A stretch of DNA of 64,000 nucleotides from Mytilus trossulus (lineage: Eukaryota), in the NCBI RefSeq assembly GCF_036588685.1, contig NC_086373.1, positions 81,282,001-81,346,000 of the forward strand, read 5' to 3'. Of the stretch, positions 14,639-27,221 are shown in pieces (the stretch's first letter is position 1; the number at the start of each line of letters is the position of its first letter). The translations under genes and the position numbers were made by a program. The notes under the pieces are model-generated. The model searched no databases and was not told the origin of the DNA. It saw only the letters and a program-made list of their open reading frames with translations.

Positions 14639-15558
14639 GAAACTTTTTTTATATTTGTCTTGTTCTTGTGTTGGATTGAAAACCTACAAAAATAATCAGA
14701 AAATTCTTTATCATAGTAGGATAATGACTAGGTAACATGGAAACAGTCTTAGTCAAATTAGGATCTACCCATTTTCTTCTTTTTTCTTTAAAGTTTCTAG
14801 CGATACTTGAATATCTGGTGTCAAGTTCCCCCTGTCAACTTAAAAAAAATAAAAATAATGTACATTGTATGTACACTTGAAAATTTACATTAAGATAAAA
14901 CTATATACATCTACATTTGATAACAAAATAGTTAGGGATAGAAAATGGGTCGTGGATGGGAGCAGATTCTGAGGTCATATTCTTGTATCCCTGTACTGTA
15001 CTGAATGACACTATTTATTGTGGCAGATGATTCCAATTATAACTGTCATGACTGTCTTTTTTAAATTTAGATGTGTGCAGTGGGATCAATAGGTTATATG
15101 TAGGAACTGCAACAATTTTGTGTATAATTTTGTATATTACATGTAAGAAGAAGTCTGTATCGTAAATGCCTAATTTCAAGTGGGTACTAACTGTTTTAAA
15201 AGGTTTAAATTTGTTTATGACCATCATTTGGAAAGTTTGAAATTTATTTATATACAATATTCACTCTATTCTAAACAACGGATCATGCAAGGGCATACAG
15301 AACTTCCATATATATGATTATCATGTATATACATGTACATGTATCTTGAATAATACGACTATGCATTTATCTCATTGAAATGAAAGGTCAATACCCATGA
15401 TACCATCATGACCGACCATACTTCCCCATTGCCATAAATCATCTTTAGCCTTCAGGCAATGTTTGATTGACACCATTCCTTCAATAAAGGTAAACAATTG
15501 ATATGTGTGTGAAATGTATAATCATGATGTGTCTAATATTCTTGCGACTGTTAGGAAT

Positions 15559-15730
15559 AATGGTAGGCAACAAAACATTTGTAAATTGAATATTTTTTTA
15601 ATGGTAGGCAACAAAACCTTTGTATATTGAATATATTTTTAATGGTAGGCAACAAAACATTTGTATATTGAATATATTTTTAATGGTAGGCAACAAAACA
15701 TTTGTATATTGAATATATTTCTAATGGTAC
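15559..15730. repeat. About 41-bp tandem repeat, 4 copies
   Basis: aatggtaggcaacaaaacatttgtatattgaatatattttt repeated. Confidence 0.85.
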
Positions 15731-16802
15731 GAGTTTGCAATGGTATGAGTTCTAAATGGAACGAATTCCCGTTGGTACGAACTGATGTGGTACAATTTTT
15801 CAATGGTACAAGGTAAACATGAGAATAAAAATGTAGGCACCTCTTATCTGATCTCTTTCAATTAGTGAAAATTGCTGCTTTTTAAATTATGTGGATCCCA
15901 AACAGTTGTGTGCACTACTCTCATTTTGATTAGACAAAAGCTTTGAATACATGAGCTTTAACTTTAGGTGAAGCTATTTTTTAGGTTTCTACGAATAAAT
16001 CCAAGGGACTGATTTGCTTTTGATGTCATGTTGTTGATATGTTTGTCCCATTTTTTAATTTGATTGAGAAGATATGCCTACATATTCTGTAGAATCAAAA
16101 GTGATTGTTTGATTTATAAGTGAAGTCTAAAGGTTTGCATTTTTTTGTTACACTGAGAATGTTGCATTTATCACTATAGATGTAATATAGTATCAAGGTG
16201 AAAACTGGAAAAATTGCATGAGCAAATTCTGCTCCCAACTGTCGGCCGTAGAGAATCATCACAGGCACTTGTCTTGATTAAAACTACTCAGAATTTTTAT
16301 AAATATACACATATATATATAGGTAAGTGAACATTTTATTCTCAGTAAGTAAATATTCTTAAAATGGAAGAGAGTGATATTATAACTGTGGGGAAGACAT
16401 TTCAGACTTATCATGAATTAGAAAAATGTGTACAGAACTATCCTGATAGGGTTAAATTTCATACAATTGTATAATAGAAATTCGGAGTCTATAGCAGCCA
16501 AACAATCATATTGGATATGTAAAATTTGTTCCAAATCTTAATTAGTTACATGAATCTTTTACATGTTTTATAACTGGTTTAAATTGATATGTATATTACT
16601 TGCTTCTTTAATTTTTATAACTCAAGCTTTAATTTTAGTATTTTTATTATTTTTCAAATTTTCAGATTCTGTGTTATATTGTACTAAAAGATTATTTTAA
16701 AATATCATATGGATGGGTATATTTTTTTAAATTATTAAAATTTAAATTTTATAATAGCATTAATTTCTATCATGTTTTTCTCTTACAGGGAGTCTCATTT
16801 TC

Positions 16803-17767
16803 GGGTACAAGTCAAATCGGCACCTGGTCAAATCAGCACCCATAGAAAAAGTCAAATCGGCACCTGGTTAAATCGGAACCTGGTCAAATCGGCACTCAGA
16901 ATAGTCAAATCGGCATCCAAAAATATTTGATATTATATATATTTGTATAAATGATTTTAAAATGTATAAATTCATGATCTATTTTGGGGTTTGGATTTTA
17001 TCATGCATTACATCATTAAAAAGCATCAAGCAATTAGAAAACATCTATAGGTTAATTATTTAAAGTTTTCCCAACATTCTATCACTGATGTTTTGATAAG
17101 TTTTCTTTTCAATTAATTTTCATAACTTTAATCAAGTACATAGTTGTGGTTTTAACATGTTGTAACTCTACAGTAGAATGTTAAAGGTATTTATAAATGT
17201 TTTATTTTTCAAAAACTTCAAAAGAAACAAAGAAGCCCTTACACAAGCTAATGTTTAACAATGAGACAAATAGAAGCAATAGAATGGAAAACTATGAGTC
17301 TCTTTCAATAATTCAAACTTTCATGCAAAATAATTGGGTTTTTTTTCAGGAGAGTTTAAACAACATTAAACCAACAATCCTGCAAAATGTTCAACTGTTA
17401 AAAAGTGCATAAAAAATATCCAGTACCGTACCTCATATATCATTGCAAGGATTTGTATAGTGAGAACTATACAAATCCTTGATCATTGTATATATAACTA
17501 AAATAAACATTTAGTTAAAAGAAAAACTCCAAAAAATGTGAATAAAATTAAGTGAATATTTCTGGACAACCCCTTCCTTATTTTTACTGTTTTTCCCGAA
17601 ATTACTGTTAAAATATGTATATTAAAAAAATCTAACATGGGTGCCGAATTGACTATATAAAGTGCCGATTTAACCAGGTGCCAATTTGACTAGGTGCCAA
17701 TTTGACTATACTGAGTGCCGATTTGACCGGGTGCCAATTTAACCAGGTGCCGATTTGACTAGAATTC
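16803..17767. mobile_element. Foldback/Mutator-like element with tandem-repeat TIRs and 9-bp TSD
   Basis: Arrays of gtcaaatcggcacc (left) and ggtgccgatttgac (right); TSD ctcattttc at 16794-16802 and 17768-17776. Confidence 0.8.
17446..17481. mobile_element. 36-bp hairpin micro-MITE with 7-bp TSD
   Basis: caaggatttgtatagt-gaga-actatacaaatccttg flanked by atcattg on both sides. Confidence 0.7.
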
Positions 17768-18069
17768 CTCATTTTCCACCATTGTGCATTTAATTTTGCA
17801 ATGTTTATTATGCATCATTATTTAATAAATACAATTTGAAAATATTATTTTTCACACTCGTTCTACACGAAATCCCAAGCATATTATCGACAATTTCCAT
17901 ATATATTTCACGTTTCATTCCTGATCCGATGGTGTTTTTATAGAAAACTGGATGTGGGTAGGTGCAGCCTAGAACAGCAATTTGACTATTCGTACCCACT
18001 CAGGCTCTGCGCAGACACTGCCTTAAAAATAAAAAGGTACAATGTATATAGGGGGGACAAATTTGAGAG

Positions 18070-18244
18070 TAGTCCGAGATTACTCTGACGTCCGACGGCT
18101 GTTTTTTTTTGCCAGACAAGCTGGGTCCATGGGCCCCACGGCCCCAGCTTGTCTGGCAAAACAGCCGTCGGACGTCAGAGTTATCCCCACGGCCCCAGCT
18201 TGTATGGCAAAACAGTCGTCGGACGTCAGAGTAATCTCGGACCA
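18070..18244. mobile_element. Palindromic MITE (AcademH-like) with a duplicated right arm
   Basis: tagtccgagattactctgacgtccgac...gtcggacgtcagagtaatctcggacca; TSD atttgagag/atctgagag. Confidence 0.75.
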
Positions 18245-18379
18245 ATCTGAGAGTAAAGACGAGTGCCTGTGAGAATCATATAGGCTTTAAAACTAAACTA
18301 GGGTATTTCGCCCATATACATACATGCTTCAATATACATTAGTTTTCAATTTAGTTCAGCTGCTTATTGGCATTTGTTT

Positions 18380-18560
18380 GCATAAATAATCCGTTGCTTG
18401 CTTTGACACCATGCCGGAAGTGTCATTTGACAAATAAAATATAAGCTATTCGGAAACGCTCCGAATTTCCGTAAATTAAAACCATGATAATTTTCGGTTG
18501 CAAGCTGAAAGTCATGACTGTAACTGTACTTCTGTAGCGGAGTTCTGTGTATTTACCAAC
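18380..18560. promoter_or_regulatory. Candidate promoter between divergent TMEM168 and Stum-like A
   Basis: Locally CpG-richer, with an ETS-type ccggaagtg at about 18414 and further cggaa/ttccg motifs. Both flanking genes need upstream non-coding exons. Confidence 0.3.
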
Positions 18561-20369
18561 TTGGGTCAAGTTTAGAAGGGTTGTTAAAGAATTTCTGTAT
18601 TGCTTATATACAAGTTATACCACCGTAAGATATATTTTTATGCAAAATACCACTTTTGGAATTCCATCAGTTCCATAGCCATGATATGGTACCAAACGTT
18701 AACTGAGTTTCATATCTATGTTATCAGATTCTGTTGTTTTAAAATATTTTATTTTCTTTCGTGAAGTTTGATTCAAACTCGAAAACAGAAGAAGAAAAGA
18801 AATGAGAGAGATGAAGTCACCGCCCGGGTACATGATTGACCATTACGGCCATTGAGGAAAGAAAAATTAACAATACGAAAACTTGAGAAAAGTTATCAAT
18901 TCTGTTGTTATAATTATTACAAAATATGTTCATGTGCTTTTGATTTTTTTTAGAAAATGTTCATTATTTTACCATTTATACCAATGTACTCTTTGTGTGT
19001 TTAACTCATATATGTTAAAAATGCTATGCTTTTGATAATCATTATGGTTGGATTATGTTTTCGATATATGAGTCGTATATTGTATACAAATATATATGAA
19101 ATCCATTTGAAAAATGAGTCTATAATTTTGTATTTTGTAGCTTAATTGTTGGAAAATTCATGATTTTAATAAAGTTATGAATCAAGTTGAATAGAACCTT
19201 AACTTGATGAAATTAGTGAACTAAACAACTAAAATAGAGCTTTTTAAAAAACGTTTCCACTGCCAAAGATTTATGTTATTATTGACAGTACATAAAGTAT
19301 TCAAAAATAGTGTGAACACCTTTTCAACATATTGTATAAGTCAAACTGTTCTCAATCTCGATTTACTTTTTGGAAATATAAAATAAGATGTAGAATAAGA
19401 CTTCCAAGGAGACGACTAGCAACTAAACTGACCAAATAATGTAATCAGCCTCAGTCCATTGTACAGTTATGAATGTGGGAGGGGACTGCCGGGTCATAAC
19501 ATTTTTTCTAGCGAAGATGTATAAATGTCTGAATTCAGATATTATACAATAAATTAAACGACTACTTTATCCATGACCAGCATGTGGTCTCCATATATCT
19601 TCAATCATTGATTTAAAAGATGGGGAAACTACAATAAAAATATTTTTTTACAGTTGTACTTGCCAAATAGTTTTTGGTGCATTTGTTTTCTTTGAAACAA
19701 TTTAATTTTCAACAACTGTTTGCATAAGGCACTGGCATTTGGTCTTAACTAATCTAACCTCGAGATGTTCTGAAGCACGTGTAACGTATACATTGCCTAT
19801 TCGTAGATACATATATTCGACCTATGAATATGTATTTAAACTGTAAGTATTTCTACCTGTCAACATTCTATACATTTTATTTACAAACAGCCTTTAGAAT
19901 ATGGGAACAATTAACTCAAAGAGCGTATGGAATAACCTTCTAAAAAGACTGTCGTTTAAAAATCTTTTGGGACCTTTTCAAGCATGCCATGATTTATTTA
20001 TTTAGTTTTCACTCATTGTAACGTTACTATTACATTTTGTTTGTTTTTTAATAGAAGTCTGAGGTTACGAAATTTTTATTAAATTTGTCCCTTGAAAAGA
20101 AATATAATAACAATGCTGTTGGAAACAATTATATAAAGCTAACATTATTGATCAAAAATGTATTGAACTCGGAGATATTTTGTTTGATGTGAATTCGAAG
20201 GAACTATCTTGATTTATCAACAGATATACGGGGAAAACGGATCACGATAAATTTACAAATGTATAAAAAGTTAGAAACGAACTTTGGTCTTACTTTTAAT
20301 GTGAATCTGACTATACAAGCTGACTTCTTACATTCCTGTGATGTAATTATGGCTTTACATTAGTTGAAA

Positions 20370-23300
20370 ATGACAAATAATTCAAACCATTCTAGACCTA
20401 CGTTACCCGACAGGATAGATAGATTAACAGACAGAGGAGCACATGATAGGATAGATAGAGGATCAAGTGGTAGAACCGAAACGACAGATAGAACGTTAGT
20501 ACTTCCAGCATATACACTGAATGGAAGACATGCTAATTTTGCTAGTCAACGTGAACTTGTGGAAACAGAGGACGACGAATTCACAGTACCAATACTTCCT
20601 ATGGGATTAGCCGTTACATGTGGTGTTCTTAACTTTATTTTACCTGGATTCGGTAAATATGTTTTCATTTTTGGTTTTGAGTTAAAAATACAGTAGAAAT
20701 CTGATGTACAGTAGTCGTTCATACGTGTTTCTAGTTTTCATACTAGATTAGACCGTTGGTTTTCCCGTTTGAATGGTTTTACATTACAAATTTTCGGGGC
20801 CCTTTATAGCTTGCTATTCGATGTGAGCCAAAACTCCGTGTTGAAGGCCGTACCTTGCCCTATAATGGTTTACTTTTATAAATTGTTATTTGGATGGAGA
20901 GTTGGCATTCATACCATATCTTTCTATATCGAAGTACTCTATTTTATTATTTTGATATACACTCTTGTTTCCAAAACTACTTTATAAATCTGTTGTAATT
21001 AGAATCATATTCAAAACAGTGTGGTCCTGGGCATTGATTGACGACCTAAATTATCCCATTGACTGGGACAGATTAGGTGAACGTTTGTCTGTAACGACCA
21101 TTGCTCACTTCTTACTTATTATAGAATTTAAACTGTGGGGTCACCAAAGGTTCTTAACGCCTTTAATAACAAAATAATTCGAAAAATTATTCAGGAATAA
21201 CCTTTATGTTTTAATTTATATTATTGATATAAATCAACACATCGTAATATTCCGGATTCGTTTTTTTTATTGCTTTATTTAGGTGTTGAGAACCTTTGGT
21301 GACCCCACAGATTCAGTGTCTTTAACAAGTACATAGTGAGCAGTGATTGTTACCGACAAACGTTCACTATAATTTGTCCCAGTCAATGGGATAATTTAGG
21401 TCGTCAATCAATGGCCAGGACCACACTGTTTTGAATATGATTCTAACATGTCTACGTGTCATCTATCGGGGATTAAGTAGCGAATCTTCTTACATCCGTG
21501 TTTTATACATTTTACACAATAATATTGCCCAAATATTATCAATGCTGTGTACAAAAATCCGTCGAAAATCAAATGTAGGACTGTTGTTGAAATTTATAGG
21601 TATATGCTCTGCCTTTTCAGGGACTATAATAGCTGGACTATGTGCTCCTTGTTGTGCGAAGTCTGAACTAGGAATAAAAGACTACAGTTGTGTGTCTGCT
21701 TGTGTAATTATAGGAGTTGGATTTCTCCAACTTCTCCTGACAGCTTGCTTTCTGATTGGTTGGGTATGGAGTGCAATATGGGGAATAGCATTGATAGGAA
21801 CAGCATGTAAGTATAGAATAGTAATAATTTACTCCATAGATTGGCATACACATCGAAAGTACTAAGTATTTGAATACAAAGAGACAATTTGTAATATTTC
21901 TGTTAAATTCAATATGACATCTTCAACGTATTGTAATATGCTTTCAAATAAAAACAGCACATAGTTTTTATGCTTTAGTGCTAACTTAGTCAAATTGAGT
22001 CATCTTGTCTAAGTAATCATTTCCTTATAACCATTCCCGCGTAAGGAGAGTTTCACGTTAAAAAAAACTATCGCAACATCACTTTGAAGGACTTTGAAGT
22101 GTGCATAGCGGGCCTGTTGCATAGCAAAATAACTGCTCCTCTACAACATATTCAAGTGCTTATCAAAAGACACACAATTTGCACCACCTATGCATAAACG
22201 ACTTTTTTAATGTGATATCGTCATGAAAATGTTTGAAATATTTGTAACTGGGCGATACTAATGATAAACAGACAGGAATCACAACCTAATCAGACTTTAT
22301 TGAGGGATCGAGAAGTTGCTCCAACAGAAGGGTACTTTCACGAGTAGGCGAATGAAATATTATTGATTTAAAAAGAGCATTTCAGTTTGAAATACCTTAG
22401 TAAACATTAGTCCCCTTATAATGAAATATCGATACTTTATGGTTTGTATGGTTGCTTATCTGACTTATAAATTAAATACTTATTTTTCTCATATTTTTTG
22501 CTCTGACTTAAACTTTTTCATTCCCAGATAACAAGCATGTGCAAAATATGTAATCAATTCGAAAAGAAGAACAATCTCGATGTAGAGAATTGCGAACCTA
22601 GAACTTATATAAAAAAAAAACATTTCAACTGGTTTGAATTAATAATTTTAAAATATTGGACTGTCTTTTCCTTTTCTTGTTTAACCAATGTAAAATTAAT
22701 TTAAAAATTTATATTACACAATGCTTTATTTTGTCTTTTACAGCTGATTTTTCAAACTACAATCCGTTAGATCCAGAATCAACATACTGGCGCAATAGGC
22801 CATCATCTAACCGATCCAGGCGAAGTATAAGGCCTCGATCAAATTTCATCTATCCTATGAGGGCACCATCAAACGTAGATTATAATAGTCCTCCTCCTCC
22901 ATACCAAATGTTCGGAACACCTCCACCTCGCTACGCATCTAGACCTTCATCCGAAAGATACAGAAGTACTACAGCGTCACCATTAACAACAGATACAAGA
23001 CGGCTAAATGATGTGTCATCTGCAAGAACTGTAAGTTTGTAAAAAAAAAATAACGTAATTAGACCTCTTAAAATGTTTGAGTTTCCTCTACATTTCGAAC
23101 CATGTCTACATAATATGAAACGGCAAATAGAATTTCCATTTCTAAAATGATTGAAAATGACGATCAAAGGAGAACCTTATAGAAACAATTCCTATAATTT
23201 CAAAAGCTTTAAACACAATGCATTTCTATGAAAAGATTATGATGTTATATATAAAGATTAGAAGATGCGGTATAATTAACAATGAGACAACTCTCAACCA

Positions 23301-24356
23301 GAGACCAAACTACATAGAAATCAACTTTAGGTCATCAGAAATCCTTCAATAATGAGTAAAATCCATAAATGGTCTGAAACACAAGTCCACGAATATTTCG
23401 TACAGACAAAACATGTATATAATGGAGGTGAGATGTAACTGTAAACATTCTCATCCTCTCTGGTGGATAGTCGTCCCTTTGACAACCATAAATCGTCTTT
23501 TAATTATACGTATCTTATTCCAAATAAACGGACTTACCATTCCATAGGTGATCCTGACATTCAAATAAGAAAAACAACTGTTGACATCAAAAGATCGCAA
23601 GGATTTTTTTTCGTAGATTTTTTAAAGTTATGACAGCATATATCTTTCGCCAAACTGACTCAAATTTAGTTTTGATGCTTTGAACTCTCAAACTGACTTA
23701 TGTTTGTTTTATAGATGACAACGACACAAATAATGGAAGATTCGAGTGAAGTTATGTCTTGGGATTGTCCCCAGTGCAATAGAGTATATGAGGCTGATAT
23801 TCGTAAAGTATGTTTATAGAGATTTTTTTTCTTTAAACTATTTCCATAGTGTCGAAAATATTTATAGAACTGGGTCAAAGTCGTTTGAAATTATAGTTTT
23901 GTTATTCCTACAGTGGCTATACTTCATGTAGTATGGCCTGTATTAAATAACTTAGCACCACACCAACATCAAGAGTGTGTACCCACAAAAACGTCAAAAA
24001 CTTCATACAAAGAATGTAGCATTTAAAACTAAGATTGGCGAATGCTACATATACTCTAAATTGATTGGTTTGTTCCATTTTAAGTATTATAGAAAGTTAA
24101 AGTAAATGCTCTCATTATGCCCAATAGCCCTTCGTCACACTGTAGTAGGTTGTTTTGCTGTATATCAGAATAAATGGGCAAACGATTCAGTTATTCGTAT
24201 TTTTCTCGTTTTTAGCATCTTTGTCGGCGTTGTTCAAGAGATGTTTGTGGAAGGTGTTATACTAAGGTATTGAGAACTCGTGCTGAAGACAGAGTATCAG
24301 TGTGTGATAAATGTTTTACAGAAGTCTCACAGGATCCGAGGATGCAAAGAATCTGA
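20370..24356 (+). CDS. SPEC3/Stum-family membrane protein A with PPxY motifs and C-terminal FYVE-like zinc finger, 329 aa
   Basis: Exons 20370-20652, 21621-21806, 22744-23030, 23715-23807 and 24216-24356; all GT-AG, in phase, 990 nt. Stum motifs VPILPMGLAVTCGVLNFILPGFGTIIAG and GFLQLLLTACFLIGWVWSAIWG. Ends WDCPQCNRVYEADIRKHLCRRCSRDVCGRCYTKVLRTRAEDRVSVCDKCF. AATAAA at 24429. Confidence 0.82.
20999..21446. mobile_element. Long-TIR MITE in an intron of Stum-like A
   Basis: Inverted arms of about 160 bp: ttagaatcatattcaaaacagtgtggtcctgg...ccaggaccacactgttttgaatatgattctaa. Confidence 0.8.
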
Positions 24357-25563
24357 AAATAGAAAAAAAAACTAACATTTCAGTATTGCTGCTAGTCAGC
24401 GTAAATCAAAATGAAAAATTAATACTGTAATAAAGGCAATGAATTTAAGTATTTTATATAAATTGTCAAATCCGCTGGTTCGGATGTTTATGTGCAGTCT
24501 TTTATCAACTTTATTACCATATGAAATAAATACATACTTTTGTTTGAAAACATTCTTTATTTTGAAGGCCGTACATTGACCAAATTGTTATTTGGATGGA
24601 GAGTTGTCTCATTGGCACTCACACCGCATCTTCCTATATCTATTTATTGGTAGATCAAAATGTGGGAATCCTGTCCGCTCCATTGCTGATATATTCTCTT
24701 TAAGTAATCAAGATTGGTTTTGAAAAAATAAGTAAAATTTCCATCCTGAAGACAGTGATCTTGTTGTATACTGACCGACGTTAAAAGCCTTTCATAGATT
24801 TTGATATTGGATTTTTTTCTCTTTAATAATCATAAAATTTGTGACAAACTGAACACCTATTTATTGCCTGTTGTCAGCTTTCCTTTCTGTGGTGGTGAAG
24901 ATTTTTTTCCCCAGTTCAATCGATGTACACGCATTCACAGGGACTAATTAGATTGCAATACACAAAATTAAAGTGATTGCCATAAATAAAAGCCTACGAT
25001 TGGAGAATTTAGTCGCAGCTACTTCGACAGATACATGGTAATGGTAATTTATGGCACAGAACTATCACAGTAGGAAACATATCAACTATAAGAGGAAAAC
25101 CAAGGAAACAGGAATACCGTAGTGCCAAAAAAATGCCAGCACACATGGAAACGAACTAATAGATAACTGCCATATTCTTCGGTACAGGATATTTTAAGAA
25201 AAAAATGATGGGTTGAACCTGGTTTACTGACTAGCAAACCTCCCGCTTAATGACAATGTTTAAAATATCTTCAAAACACTACTTGACAGAAATACAACAC
25301 AAACACACACAGGAACATTCATATAACAGAGAACTGAACTATCATGGCTTATCTAGTAAGTTAGGTTCAATTGTAAAGACCGACATTTGATAACGACATT
25401 TTATTTTCAAATCACTTGCTGTTCATGCTGTATATTAGACAGAATTGTGGTTGTTATAAGGAATATTCTTCCGTGCATCCGCTTGGGAGAGTTGCCATTT
25501 TCATCTGGCACAAGCTCGATGACGAAAAATTAAGTCTTTAAACTGTATACTAGTATAGTAGAG

Positions 25564-25705
25564 CAGTGACGGATCCAGAACTTTATGGAAAGGGGAGGGG
25601 GCTGACTGACGTAAGGGAGCCGCTGCTCCAGTCATACTTCAGTGATTCCCTATATGATCAACCCAATTTTTCACACAAAGGGGGGCTCCCTTGGATCCGC
25701 CTATG
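25564..25705. mobile_element. Short non-autonomous TIR element with 5-bp TSD (hAT5-like)
   Basis: cagtgacggatccag...tggatccgcctatg flanked by tagag. A degenerate relative lies at about 61668. Confidence 0.65.
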
Positions 25706-27221
25706 TAGAGAATAGAATAGAATATTTATTATTCCATTCAAGGGCCCTTGATGGACAGCATGACAATGTATCATGATTTTCAACAGATAAAACAATTCTT
25801 TTATGCATTGAAATGAAACTTTTATAAGTTAAATGATCTCTTCAACTTTTAATCGTAGTTTAACTCAAATGGTGTATTGATATTTAAAGCCGCTAGTGAC
25901 AATTTGTCCATTTTCATATTGCGCAAATGTCCATTAAAAAAAGCGCAACCGTTCTGCGCCGCTTTAAAAGGTGTGATTATTTCATTGGTATTTCTCAGGG
26001 CATAACAGCATAATTGCTTTTTAAATAAGTTTTTTTTTAAATTGTATCCTGGATCGTAATTGGTCAATGTCTAGTTTTTATGTTTGTCATTTTGTTTATT
26101 AACATACACCGTCCAACCTAGAAATATAGTACTGACAACATATAATGTCCCGGCCTTATTATTTAGTTGCAGATTTTACAATCCATAAGGAAATTTAATT
26201 TCTCTGAGTTTGACAAGCTCAGTTAGTATGTTTCAATTTATTTAAAAAAAAAATGTAAATAGAATAAAGAATGGAACGTTACGGGAAATTGTCAATTTGA
26301 CAAACAAACAAAATCCCGATCACAGTCGAAAAAGCAAAAATGTGTATGCCCAAGGCCACCATGTCCAATGGGTCTTAAAAGCAGCGAAATAATCGGGCAC
26401 ACGGAGGTAAGCTTCAACTGGCCCTCAAACAATAATGTATCATACTACTTCAGAGAAATCATGGACGCCTAAACTAAGTCTCAAACAAACGAATGAACCA
26501 AAATTAAAAAAAAGAAAGACACACAAGACTAACAAAGGCTAGAGGTACCTGGCAGGCCCAAAATGCGGCTGAGTTAATTTACGCTCAGTTTATGTGCTTC
26601 GGTGTGGGATCTCAAAATTCCTCTATGATATGCCTTGATACGTGAGGGAAGGAGACGAAAGAGTATGGAAATGAATACTTTGAGGACCTAACTGTTATTA
26701 ATAACTAGGAAAATAACTTTTCCCAGGAACGCATGACCATGATTTGATTTGATTTTTTGTTGATTTTAACGCCACTTTAAAGGACCGCATTTAGGGCTCA
26801 AACTCACAAATGAAATTGAAGTCTGCATAATAAAATGCTGCGTGGGCTATTCTGTTCAAACATGATAAATCCGCGCGAAATAATTAGCCCATGTTCAAAT
26901 GAAAATAATAAATTATTCAATCTCTTTTTTACTTTTTATCTATACTTATGACAATAAAAATATTGATATTATGGTGTTTTTTTTTAAAGTGAATCCAATA
27001 TTTGAAAATAAATAAACTAAAATTATATTTATTCAAAATGTATTTTTCTGTCTTCCCAGGTATTCATATTTCCCGCTAGTTTTAACTTTAAACAAGTGTG
27101 AGTCTCCTGTTACTAAAAATAACCATATTGATCAATAAAACGTGATCAATTTTTACATGTAAGTTAGTGTATTAGTGTATTCAATACACAACCACCGAAG
27201 TAAACAAAACAAGGAAAGAGA

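Larger units (their letters stand above)
16260..18271. mobile_element. 2.0-kb TIR DNA transposon relic with 8-bp TSD, hosting nested insertions
   Basis: Ends cacaggcacttgtctt / aagacgagtgcctgtg; TSD agaatcat at 16252-16259 and 18272-18279. Confidence 0.75.
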
